From Gemmata obscuriglobus (GTDB lineage: Bacteria > Planctomycetota > Planctomycetia > Gemmatales > Gemmataceae), in contig NZ_CP042911.1 of NCBI RefSeq assembly GCF_008065095.1, forward strand, positions 3,450,001 through 3,482,000: a DNA stretch of 32,000 nucleotides, read 5' to 3'. Shown here piece after piece: positions 6,749-15,064 of the stretch. Below the pieces are notes generated by a model that saw only the letters and a program-made list of their open reading frames with translations, searched no databases and was not told where the DNA came from. Made by a program: the position numbers and the translations under genes. The first letter of the stretch is position 1; each line of letters starts with the position of its first letter.

Positions 6749-7708
6749 CTAATTGTTGTTGTTGAACCCGTTCCCGCGTCCGGCGATGTTGTTGATCGTG
6801 TTCGACCCGAGCAGTGTGATACCGAACACCCGCTCAACCGGTGCGAACAGCCGAGCCATTGTGCGGTCGATGGTCACCAGGCGCTGGGCCTTGACGTAGA
6901 TCCGGTCGCCCGGGAGCACCTGGTAGTTCGTATGACTGATCCCGTGCTGGGTGAGGCCGACCCAGTCCACCGGCAGGAGCTGCCACGGCTGCCCGGGGTG
7001 CGGGGTGCGCCGCGCGATCCAGATGTTCCGCTTGCTCGCGACATCGGGAAGGCCGTTGATGTTGCCGATCGCGTCCAGCACGGTCTCGCCCCCGGTGATC
7101 GGGAACGGGAACACCTGCTCCCCGAAGCCGCCGCCGTCGGTGATCACATAGTAACGCTTGCTGTTGTACGCGATCACGTCCACGATCACGACAATACTGT
7201 TGGGAGTCTGGCGCAGCTTCCTCAATTCCACCTGTTCCACCAGATGTGCGCGAATCGCCTCGGCCGCCTGATCGAGCGTCAGCCCCGAGACCGTTACGTT
7301 TCCCCAGAACCCCAGACCGACAGTACCATCGGGACGCACCTGGAACTGACCCGAGATGGGCTGTACGCCTAACCTCTCGGTCGCCTCGACCGTAAACGGC
7401 TTTTTGTTCGTGGGGGCGTCCTCGTAAAGGATGTCACCTTTTTCGTTCGTTCTGGGCACCGTGACCCGCTGCACGACCTCAATAAGCAACTGGTCCGGCG
7501 GGCCGATGACGTAGGGCGGCAGCGCAACCATGTCCAACTCGCGGGGCACAGCACCCGTTGGCGGTACTTGGATCGATGCGTTGGAGTTGTGCGGCATCGG
7601 CGGGGTGCCGAAGTAGTCGCGGGGCGACCCGTGCATACACCCGACCGTCGAAAGAAGCAGCCCGGCGACGACGAACACACTTTTCCCGCGCCGAACGCTC
7701 ATGGTCAC
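6749..7708 (-). CDS. Polysaccharide-export (Wza/Poly_export + SLBB) family outer-membrane lipoprotein
   Basis: Lipoprotein signal MTMSVRRGKSVFVVAGLLLSTVGC. Poly_export-like motifs: PPYVIGPPDQLLIEV and GQFQVRPDGTVGLGFWGNVTVSGLTLDQAAEAIRAHL. SLBB-like motifs: YYVITDGGGFGEQVFPFPITGGETVLDAIGNINGL and YQVLPGDRIYVKAQ. Confidence 0.85.
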   Translation of the reverse strand: MTMSVRRGKSVFVVAGLLLSTVGCMHGSPRDYFGTPPMPHNSNASIQVPPTGAVPRELDMVALPPYVIGPPDQLLIEVVQRVTVPRTNEKGDILYEDAPTNKKPFTVEATERLGVQPISGQFQVRPDGTVGLGFWGNVTVSGLTLDQAAEAIRAHLVEQVELRKLRQTPNSIVVIVDVIAYNSKRYYVITDGGGFGEQVFPFPITGGETVLDAIGNINGLPDVASKRNIWIARRTPHPGQPWQLLPVDWVGLTQHGISHTNYQVLPGDRIYVKAQRLVTIDRTMARLFAPVERVFGITLLGSNTINNIAGRGNGFNNNN

Positions 7709-8063
7709 TCCTCCCGCACCCTGAACCGGATAACGGCTCCCACCGGCATCACTGGTGTTATCGGCGGCACCGGAACCGTTCCTGAACGAAACCGTCCGGA
7801 TCGTGAAGATCGATTCAAGTCAGGTCGGCGGCGCAAGGTGCGGGGGCACGGCCAACGGATCGCTGTCGATCACGGACTCTTCACCCGCGCGAGATGCGCT
7901 CAGGGGAGGGGTGAATTTGTGTGCCGGCGTGACGTAATTTCCTGCCGAGCAGTGAATTCGAAAAATGCGGTCCCGAGCAAACGATCCCGTACTACGGTAC
8001 ATCGCGAAAAACGGCGAGGCGTGACCGCAGACACGACGCGCCGCAGCGAGGGAAAAACCTGAC

Positions 8064-8651
8064 ATGGCCGGGCGATTCGACCCGAGCCCGCCGCCCGCGG
8101 GTACCGACGCGACACTTCTTCACCGGTACCGAACGGGTGACGAGACCGCCGCGACCGACATCTACGTTCGGTACGCACAGCGGCTGCGCGCCCTGGCGCG
8201 CCAGTACTGCACGCCCAACTACGCCGGCCGGTTCGATGCCGACGACGTGATCCAGTCCGTGTTCCGTGCGTTCTTCCACGGCGCCCGGTACCGCGACTAC
8301 GACGTTCCCCCGGAGGGGGAGTTGTGGGGGCTGCTGATGGTGCTCGCACTCAACAAAATTCGCGCCCTCGTCGGGCACCACCAGGCCGACAAGCGGGCCG
8401 TCCGGCACACGGCCTCCGTCAGCGACTTCGACTCCCACACCGCGCTGGCCGCCGACGACTCCGCCGCCGCGTTCTTGCGCCTCGTCATGGACGAGCAGGT
8501 CGAGGCGCTGCCGGAGTCGAACCGCACCATCATCCGGCTGCGCACCGAGGGCTACGAGGTGGGTGAGATCGCCCAGGTCACGGGCCGGTCGCGCCGCACC
8601 GTCGAGCGCGTGTTGCAAGACTTCCGTGCCCGCCTGTCCCGCAGCGAGTAG
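8064..8651 (+). CDS. ECF sigma-70 factor of the Ser/Thr-kinase-associated type
   Basis: 195 aa. Region 2: DADDVIQSVFRAFFHGARYRDYDVPPEGELWGLLMVLALNKIR. Region 4 HTH: LPESNRTIIRLRTEGYEVGEIAQVTGRSRRTVERVL. No anti-sigma gene is adjacent; the kinase gene starts 20 nt downstream. Confidence 0.85.
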   Translation: MAGRFDPSPPPAGTDATLLHRYRTGDETAATDIYVRYAQRLRALARQYCTPNYAGRFDADDVIQSVFRAFFHGARYRDYDVPPEGELWGLLMVLALNKIRALVGHHQADKRAVRHTASVSDFDSHTALAADDSAAAFLRLVMDEQVEALPESNRTIIRLRTEGYEVGEIAQVTGRSRRTVERVLQDFRARLSRSE

Positions 8652-8671
8652 ACCATCCGGGGGCCGCTCTC

Positions 8672-11600
8672 GTGAAACTCTCCGTCGCCACGCACTCGCT
8701 CGCGGCCGAACTCGCTCATCGCGTCGAGGCGTTCGAGCTGGCTCTCGAAACCGACCCGAACGCGGATTTCGCGCGGCAGTTGCCCGCGGTCGATCACCCG
8801 TTGTACCTCGCCGTGCTGGGCGAACTGGTGCGCGTCGACCTGGAACTCGCCTGGACGCGCGGGCGGCCGAAGCGGGTGTCCGAGTACACGGCGCGGTTCC
8901 CCGCGGTGCTCACCAACCCCGCGCTACTCGCGGCCGTGGCGTTCGAGGAGTACCGGCAGCGGGTCCGGGCCGGCGAGACCCCGCGCCCCGAGGAGTACGC
9001 CAACAAGTACGGCGTGCCCACGAGCGGGTGGGCCGAACTCGGTTCCGAGGTTCAGACCCCGCGACCGGGCTCGGTGAGCGCGGCCGACGCGGCGACCGAC
9101 CGGATCATGGGGCCGCAGCCGCGGGACGAGTTCCGCACTGCCGAGGTGCCGCAACTTCAGCGGACGCACGATCGGCTCGGCGCGCCGCCCCTGCCGAACG
9201 CCCGCGCGCAAGCCCTGGCCGAGGCCGACGCGCTGTCCGACTGGCAGGACTCGGTGTCCTCGCTCCCGGACGTGGGCACCGATTTCGTCGGGTTCTTTCT
9301 CGCGAAGGAACTCGGCCGCGGGGCGTTCGGGCGGGTGTACCTGGCGCGCCAGGGCGACCTCGCCGGACGCCCGGTCGCGCTCAAGGTGGCGCGCGGCCTG
9401 GGGGCCGAGTCGAACACGCTGGCGCAGTTGCAGCACCCGAACATCGTCCCGATCTACTCGTACCACAGCGCCGGCCCGTTCCAGGCGGTTTGCATGCCGT
9501 TCCTGGGCGGCACCACACTCGCGGGCGTGGTCCAGAGCTTGAGTCGGCGCGCGAGCGTGCCCAACTCGGGTAAGGAGATCCGCAGCACGCTCGTCGGCGG
9601 GCGGTTCGATTCGTCCACCCGGACCGGGTCGATGGGGGGATCGGTCATTTACCCCCACGAGGTACCGGCGCCGGCTTCCAGCGCGGCATCCGAAGGTGCC
9701 GCGCTGGAAGCTGCGGAGGGCTGGGCGCGGCTCGATCAGTTCCCATACGTAGAGGCGGTTCTGGCGATCGGCGGGCAACTCGCGGAAGGGCTGGCGCACG
9801 CGCACCGGCGCGGCATCTTGCACCGCGACCTCAAGCCCGCGAACGTGCTGCTGGCCGACGACGGGCGCCCGATGCTGCTCGACTTCAACCTCGCCGAAGA
9901 CACGAAGTTGCGCGGCTCGGCCGAGCGCGCGATGATGGGCGGTACCCTCCCGTACATGGCGCCCGAGCACCTGGAAGCGTTCCGCACCGGCGAGGGGACG
10001 CTCGACCCGCGGTGCGACGTGTACGGGCTCGGGGTGATCCTGTTCGAACTGCTCACCGGCCGGCACCCGTTTCCGCTCCGCCGCGGCTATCCGCGGGTCA
10101 CAGTACCCCAGATGATTGCCGACCGCGCCGCCGCGCCGTCGGTTCGGGCTCTGAACCCCGCGGTGTCACCGGGCGCCGAGGCGATCGTCCGGAGGTGCCT
10201 CGCGCCGAACCCGTCGGACCGGTACCAGCGGGCGGATGACCTGCGTGAGGACATCGACCGCCACCTCGCCAACCGCCCGCTGAAGTTCGCTCCGGAGCCG
10301 TCGGTGCGGGAGCGGGCGCGCAAGTGGGCGCGTCGGCACCCGCGCCTCACTTCGTCTGCTAGCGTCGCCGCCGTTGCCGGCGTGGTGCTGACACTCGTGG
10401 TGGGGGCGGCGGTCTATTCGCGCGAACGCACCCGCGATGTGGAGGCACGGGGGCGGTTCGCCGATCACCAAGCCGCGTTCCGCGACGCACAGTCGTTTCT
10501 CGACGACCAGACGCGGTCCGAAGGGAGGCTCGACGAGCGGCTCGCCAAGCTCCGCGGGGTGCTGGACACATACGGGGTGTCGGACGATCCGTTCGTTTCT
10601 GAAGATTGGCGACACATGGCGGCCTACCGACGGCTGCCAGAAGCGGACCGCGATCAGGTGTGTGGGAACGTTGGCGAAACCTTCTTCCTGATGGCCCAGG
10701 TCGCGCTGCTACAGGCGTCCGAAGGCGACGGGGCGGGACGGGCCGCTCAGTTGACCCGGGCGAACAACTGGCACGCGCTGGCCGCGAGCTACGGCGCCCA
10801 CCGCCTCCCGCGCGCGATCGGCGAGCAGCGGGTCACACTGATGGAACTGAAGGGCGACCACGCGGCCGCAGAGCGGGGCCGAGCCGAGGCCGAATCGATC
10901 CCGCTGGATCTGGCCCGCGACCTGTACCTCGCCGGCAGTCAACTGACCCGCAACGGCCGTCACTTGGAGTCGCTCAAGCTCCTTCAGAAGGCGACCCAGG
11001 CGGACCCCGAGAACTTCTCCGCCTGGTTCCTCCGCGGGACCGCGCACCTCGCGCTCGAGCAGAACGACCTGGCCGCGATGTGCTTCGGGGCGTGCGTGGC
11101 CCTGCGCCCGGACTTCGCGCCGGCGTGGATGAACCGCGGGTTGGCGTTCTTCCGGATGCGGCATTACGACGCCGGCCGCGACGACTACGACCGCGCCCTG
11201 AAACTGGACCCGAAACTGACCGAGGCGTACATCCAGCGCGGCCAGTTGCGCGAGGCGGTCGGCGACAGCGCCGGGGCGATCGGGGACTACACCCAGGCGC
11301 TCGAGACCGGCACCGCCCCGGCGCGGGCCTATTTCAAGCGCGCGACCGCGAAGTTCCGTGCCGGCGATCGGGACGGCGCGAAGGCCGACCGCGAGGCCGG
11401 GTTCCAGGTCACGCCGACCGACGAGCTGAGCTGGGTCGCGCGGGCCGAAAACCGCTGGACGGAAGACCCTACGGGTGCCCTCGCCGACGCCGACGAGGCA
11501 CTGAAGGAGAACGGTCGGTCGGTCTTCGCACTTCAGATGAAGGCCGCGATCTTGTCGGAAGGGCTGAAGCGCCCGGAGGACGCACTAAAGGTGCTCGACC

Positions 11601-11953
11601 GCGCGGTGGAACTGCATCCCGATTACGTTCCGGCGCGGGCCGGGCGCGGGGTGCTGCTGGCCCGCGCGGGGAAGCGCGAGGAGGCGCTGCGCGACGCCCG
11701 GGACGCGCTCCGGCGCGACACCCACGCCTCGAACCTGTATCAGGTGGGGTGCATCTACGCGCTCACCGCCAAAACACACCCCGACGACAAGCGCGAGGCG
11801 CGCAAACTCCTCTGGGACGGTCTGAAAACCGGGTTCGCGCTCGACATCGTGGACACGGACACGGACCTCGATTCGTTACGCGACGATCAAGACTTTAAGG
11901 CTCTGGTCGCAGACGCGAAGGCGCTCAACGCTCCACGGTCCGAGAAACGGTGA
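8672..11953 (+). CDS. Membrane Ser/Thr protein kinase with an N-terminal ~190-aa domain and C-terminal TPR repeats
   Basis: GTG start at 8672. Hanks kinase motifs: LGRGAFGRVY, VALKV, HRDLKPANVLL (9821-), DFN (9881-9889, in place of DFG), GTLPYMAPE. TM helix: SVAAVAGVVLTLVVGAAVY. Multiple TPR-like repeats follow (AWFLRGTAHLALEQNDLAAMCFGACVALRPDFAPAW, AYIQRGQLREAVGDSAGAIGDYTQAL, and others). Confidence 0.9.
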   Translation: MKLSVATHSLAAELAHRVEAFELALETDPNADFARQLPAVDHPLYLAVLGELVRVDLELAWTRGRPKRVSEYTARFPAVLTNPALLAAVAFEEYRQRVRAGETPRPEEYANKYGVPTSGWAELGSEVQTPRPGSVSAADAATDRIMGPQPRDEFRTAEVPQLQRTHDRLGAPPLPNARAQALAEADALSDWQDSVSSLPDVGTDFVGFFLAKELGRGAFGRVYLARQGDLAGRPVALKVARGLGAESNTLAQLQHPNIVPIYSYHSAGPFQAVCMPFLGGTTLAGVVQSLSRRASVPNSGKEIRSTLVGGRFDSSTRTGSMGGSVIYPHEVPAPASSAASEGAALEAAEGWARLDQFPYVEAVLAIGGQLAEGLAHAHRRGILHRDLKPANVLLADDGRPMLLDFNLAEDTKLRGSAERAMMGGTLPYMAPEHLEAFRTGEGTLDPRCDVYGLGVILFELLTGRHPFPLRRGYPRVTVPQMIADRAAAPSVRALNPAVSPGAEAIVRRCLAPNPSDRYQRADDLREDIDRHLANRPLKFAPEPSVRERARKWARRHPRLTSSASVAAVAGVVLTLVVGAAVYSRERTRDVEARGRFADHQAAFRDAQSFLDDQTRSEGRLDERLAKLRGVLDTYGVSDDPFVSEDWRHMAAYRRLPEADRDQVCGNVGETFFLMAQVALLQASEGDGAGRAAQLTRANNWHALAASYGAHRLPRAIGEQRVTLMELKGDHAAAERGRAEAESIPLDLARDLYLAGSQLTRNGRHLESLKLLQKATQADPENFSAWFLRGTAHLALEQNDLAAMCFGACVALRPDFAPAWMNRGLAFFRMRHYDAGRDDYDRALKLDPKLTEAYIQRGQLREAVGDSAGAIGDYTQALETGTAPARAYFKRATAKFRAGDRDGAKADREAGFQVTPTDELSWVARAENRWTEDPTGALADADEALKENGRSVFALQMKAAILSEGLKRPEDALKVLDRAVELHPDYVPARAGRGVLLARAGKREEALRDARDALRRDTHASNLYQVGCIYALTAKTHPDDKREARKLLWDGLKTGFALDIVDTDTDLDSLRDDQDFKALVADAKALNAPRSEKR

Positions 11954-12054
11954 ATTCCGTGGCGGGTGACTGCCCGGCGCCGCCTTTCTCCGGTACACCG
12001 CAGTTGGTTCGGCGGTGTACCGCCCCCTCGTCCGCCGCACGTAGCGAGCACGCG

Positions 12055-14004
12055 ATGACCCCGGCACCGAAGATCGGCTCTTCGTTCGAATACCTCGAAG
12101 ACCGCGCCCTCCCGTCTACGTTCGGCGTTCCCTGGGCCGATCCCGAGCACCTGACGCTCAGCTTCGTTAATGACGGCACCCAGACCCCGCTCGGGGCCAG
12201 TTCGCTGGCGCAACTTCTCGGTTCGAGCGGCACGAGTGCGGAGTGGAAGCGCGAGATCCTTCGCGCCTTCCAGACCTGGGCGGTGAACGCGAACATCAAC
12301 ATCGGGCTCGTGTCCGACGGCGGCCAGGCGCTCGGCGCGGTCGGCGCGGTGCAGGGCGACACGCGGTTCGGGGACATCCGGATCGCCGCCGCCGGGCTGT
12401 CCCCGGACGTGCTCGCGAGTGCGGCCCCGTTCAGCTTCACCGGCTCCACCCTCAGCGGGGACGTGGTGCTGAACGCGAACGTGCCGTTCGGTTCGGTGTA
12501 CGACCTCTACTCGGTGCTCCTGCACGAAGCGGGGCACGTGTTCGGGCTCGACCACGAGCACGACGGACACGCCTCGGCGATCCACGCCGGGTACGAGTAC
12601 CAGACCGGGCTGAGCGCCGAAGACATTGAGCACCTGCAAGAACTGTACGGCACCCGCACCCCGGACGCGTTCGAAGGCACCGGCGGGAACAATACCGCCG
12701 CCCGCGCCAGCGCGATCCCGCGCAACTCGGTCACCCAGTTACTCGCCACCGCCGACATCAGCAGCCCGTCGGACGTGGACTACTACAAGTTCACCGCGCC
12801 GGCGCTGACATCCTGGCTGAGCAACGTGACCGTGCGGCTCAAGGCCGCCGGGCTGAGCCTGTTGACCGCGAAGGTCACGGTGTACGACGCCGCCGGGCGC
12901 GCGGTCGCGAGCGGGGCCAGCACCGACCCGCTGAGCAATGACATCACGCTGACGTTCAACCCCGGGCTGCTGGGCGGGAACTACACGATCAAGGTAGAGG
13001 GCGCGAGCGGGGACGTGTTCGACGTCGGCGGGTACAAGCTCGCGGTAGACTTCCTGTCGATCGGCGGAGCGCTCTCGCCGATCACCACGGCCCTCACGGG
13101 TGTGCTCGACGGCCACACCGACGACGTACTCGCGAGCGCCCGAGTGCTCCAAGCCAACACGGGGGCGGACGCCCGGTTCGACGCCGTCTACCGCGGCGTG
13201 ATCGAGGACCGGTTCGATGTGGACACGTACAAGGTGCGCACGCGCGGTTTCGCTCCTGGCGATGCGGTGACGCTGAACGTGCTGGTATGGGCGCTGGACG
13301 CCAACGGCGTCGACCCGCGGGTGCGGGTGTTCGATGCCGCCGGGAGCGCGGTGGCGTTTCAGGTGCTGTCGAACGACCGCGGGCTGTTCAGTGTGCAGGT
13401 GCTGAACGCGGTCGCGGGGCAGGACTACTACATTCAGGTTTCGGCGCGGGAAGGGGCTGCGAAGACGACCGGCGGGTACTTCATCGCGGCCGACTTCAAC
13501 CAGCTCTCGCCGCTCGTGTTCGATGCCGTCGCGAGCGGGACCACCGCCCCGGGTGCCGCGACCGCGGGCGAAACGCTCCAGCTCGATGAAGCCGGTGTGT
13601 TCCAATTCGCGCTCGGTGCCCAGGCCGGCGCCGCCGGCGATGCCGTCACGATGACCGTTTACGACGAGGACGGCAACGTGGTGTTCGTGCTGACAGCGCG
13701 GGTCGGGCAACCGCCGGTGACCGCGACGAAGTACCTCACGGCCGGGAAGTACACGGTTCGGTACGCGGGCGCCACGACCAATAAAGGAGCGGTCGGTTAT
13801 GGGCTGTTCATGACGCAACTGAGCCAGGGCGTTGGGCCGTACGCAACGAGTACCTCGGCGCCGGCGACAAGCACCGCGCCGAGCCGCCCGACCACACCGA
13901 GCAGTTCGAGTTCGGGAACGAGCACGTCCGCGTCCCCATCCCCGTCGTACACCTATACCAGTTCCTCGCCCGGCCAGTCGGCGGGTTACTATTACACGTA
14001 CTGA
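12055..14004 (+). CDS. Secreted metzincin (matrixin/M10-like) with PPC-type beta-domains and a Ser/Thr/Pro-rich tail
   Basis: Track ORF 11950..14004. There is an ATG at 12055; an alternative GTG at 11950 overlaps the kinase stop as GTGA. Zinc motif HEAGHVFGLDHEHD, followed by AEDIEHLQELYG as in matrixins. Repeated DVDYYKF / DVDTYKV / GQDYYIQV motifs are typical of pre-peptidase C-terminal domains. N-terminal FEYLEDRALPS motif. Confidence 0.8.
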   Translation: MTPAPKIGSSFEYLEDRALPSTFGVPWADPEHLTLSFVNDGTQTPLGASSLAQLLGSSGTSAEWKREILRAFQTWAVNANINIGLVSDGGQALGAVGAVQGDTRFGDIRIAAAGLSPDVLASAAPFSFTGSTLSGDVVLNANVPFGSVYDLYSVLLHEAGHVFGLDHEHDGHASAIHAGYEYQTGLSAEDIEHLQELYGTRTPDAFEGTGGNNTAARASAIPRNSVTQLLATADISSPSDVDYYKFTAPALTSWLSNVTVRLKAAGLSLLTAKVTVYDAAGRAVASGASTDPLSNDITLTFNPGLLGGNYTIKVEGASGDVFDVGGYKLAVDFLSIGGALSPITTALTGVLDGHTDDVLASARVLQANTGADARFDAVYRGVIEDRFDVDTYKVRTRGFAPGDAVTLNVLVWALDANGVDPRVRVFDAAGSAVAFQVLSNDRGLFSVQVLNAVAGQDYYIQVSAREGAAKTTGGYFIAADFNQLSPLVFDAVASGTTAPGAATAGETLQLDEAGVFQFALGAQAGAAGDAVTMTVYDEDGNVVFVLTARVGQPPVTATKYLTAGKYTVRYAGATTNKGAVGYGLFMTQLSQGVGPYATSTSAPATSTAPSRPTTPSSSSSGTSTSASPSPSYTYTSSSPGQSAGYYYTY

Positions 14005-14060
14005 CGCGGCTTCCCGAACCGCGCCTGGCGCTGACGCGATACAGTCACGCTGAATCCACT

Positions 14061-14077
14061 CGGTCTGTATCAGACTG
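14061..14077 (+). terminator. Short hairpin after the metzincin gene
   Basis: cggtctg-tat-cagactg forms a 7-bp stem (one G-U pair) with a 3-nt loop, followed by ttcgtgt. It sits in the convergent intergenic region 14005-14118. Confidence 0.3.
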
Positions 14078-14118
14078 TTCGTGTAAGTACGGTGTAAACG
14101 CCGCTGTCGTGTGAAGAC

Positions 14119-14322
14119 TCACGAGCCAGACGACGCTCGCCCCGAAGGGGAGGGCGGTTCCGGCGGGAGCGCCTTCCGGTGGTCCTCACGCAGCTCGTCG
14201 CGTGTCGCCGGTACGAGGCACCCGCGGAACCACACGATCGTGCCCCAGCCGAGCAGCCAAATGAGAATGAGCCGGAGCAGCACGGATTGCCAGAACTGAG
14301 ACGCCTGGGCGCGGTCCGACAT
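14119..14322 (-). CDS. Small single-pass membrane protein (hypothetical)
   Basis: 67 aa. The start ATG is 3 nt downstream of the stop of the upstream cyclo-ligase gene. Hydrophobic helix SVLLRLILIWLLGWGTIVWF. Third-position GC is coding-like. Confidence 0.45.
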   Translation of the reverse strand: MSDRAQASQFWQSVLLRLILIWLLGWGTIVWFRGCLVPATRDELREDHRKALPPEPPSPSGRASSGS

Positions 14323-14325
14323 GGT

Positions 14326-14949
14326 TCACGCCGCGCTGCGGCCCTTCCCGGTGATCGTGCGGGCTTCGGTCAGCACCAGGTCCATGAACACGTCGTGGGA
14401 CGCGACCGGAATCTCTTCGAAGACTTGGCAGTCGAACCCGATCGCCACGAGCGGGGCGTCCGGGCGGGCGCGCGCGAGCAGCCGGTCGTAGTAGCCCTTA
14501 CCCTGACCCATTCGCCCGCCGCGCACGTCGAACGCGGTGCCCGGAACCATCACCAGGTCGAGTTCCTCCGGCTGCACCTTCTTCGCCGGGAGGTTCCGAA
14601 GTTCCTCTTTCGGTTCCAGAATCTTGTATGCCCCTTCGACCAGTTCGCTCATGTCTTCGAGCAGGAACAGTTCGAGTTCGTTCGTCTCGACCACGCACCA
14701 CGGGACGACGACCCGCTTGCCGTGGGTGAGGGCGTCGGGCAGCGCGTGGCGGGTGCGCACCTCACTTCCGGCGTCCACGTACCACATCACCGTTTTTGCG
14801 GATTCGTAAGCCGGGAGCGCGACGAACTTCGCGCAGATGTCGCGGCTGATCGGGTCCTTGTTCTTCTGCGCGACGCGGTTCTTGCGCGCCAGCTCGCGGA
14901 TGAACTGCTTAATCGTCTGCGCGTCGGTCGGTTGCGTCTTGTCGTCCAT
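14326..14949 (-). CDS. 5-formyltetrahydrofolate cyclo-ligase (MTHFS family)
   Basis: 207 aa with family hallmarks: LDLVMVPGTAFDVRGGRMGQGKGYYDRLL and VAIGFDCQVFEEIPVASHDVFMDLVLTE. Confidence 0.85.
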   Translation of the reverse strand: MDDKTQPTDAQTIKQFIRELARKNRVAQKNKDPISRDICAKFVALPAYESAKTVMWYVDAGSEVRTRHALPDALTHGKRVVVPWCVVETNELELFLLEDMSELVEGAYKILEPKEELRNLPAKKVQPEELDLVMVPGTAFDVRGGRMGQGKGYYDRLLARARPDAPLVAIGFDCQVFEEIPVASHDVFMDLVLTEARTITGKGRSAA

Positions 14950-15064
14950 CGGCGCCGCTCCGTTCGGGTTCCAGGAAATGTACCGCCTGGGCTACGGACA
15001 TCCGTAGTGGACATCTGTTCGGATAAAATTCCTTACTAAACCCAACTGGAATCGGAGGTGCTAT

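Noticed and set aside
7568-8349. ORFs in the Wza/ECF divergent region (7568..8062 +, 7755..7937 +, 7820..8065 -, 7900..8349 -)
   Set aside because: They are Arg-rich, have no motifs, overlap one another, and some overlap the sigma gene. The region is better explained as promoter and leader DNA.
14996-15015. Direct repeat GGACATC x2 (14996-15002 and 15009-15015) in the cyclo-ligase/SWIM divergent promoter region
   Set aside because: A 7-nt repeat within a ~115-nt spacer is expected by chance at appreciable frequency. There is no symmetry or known motif.
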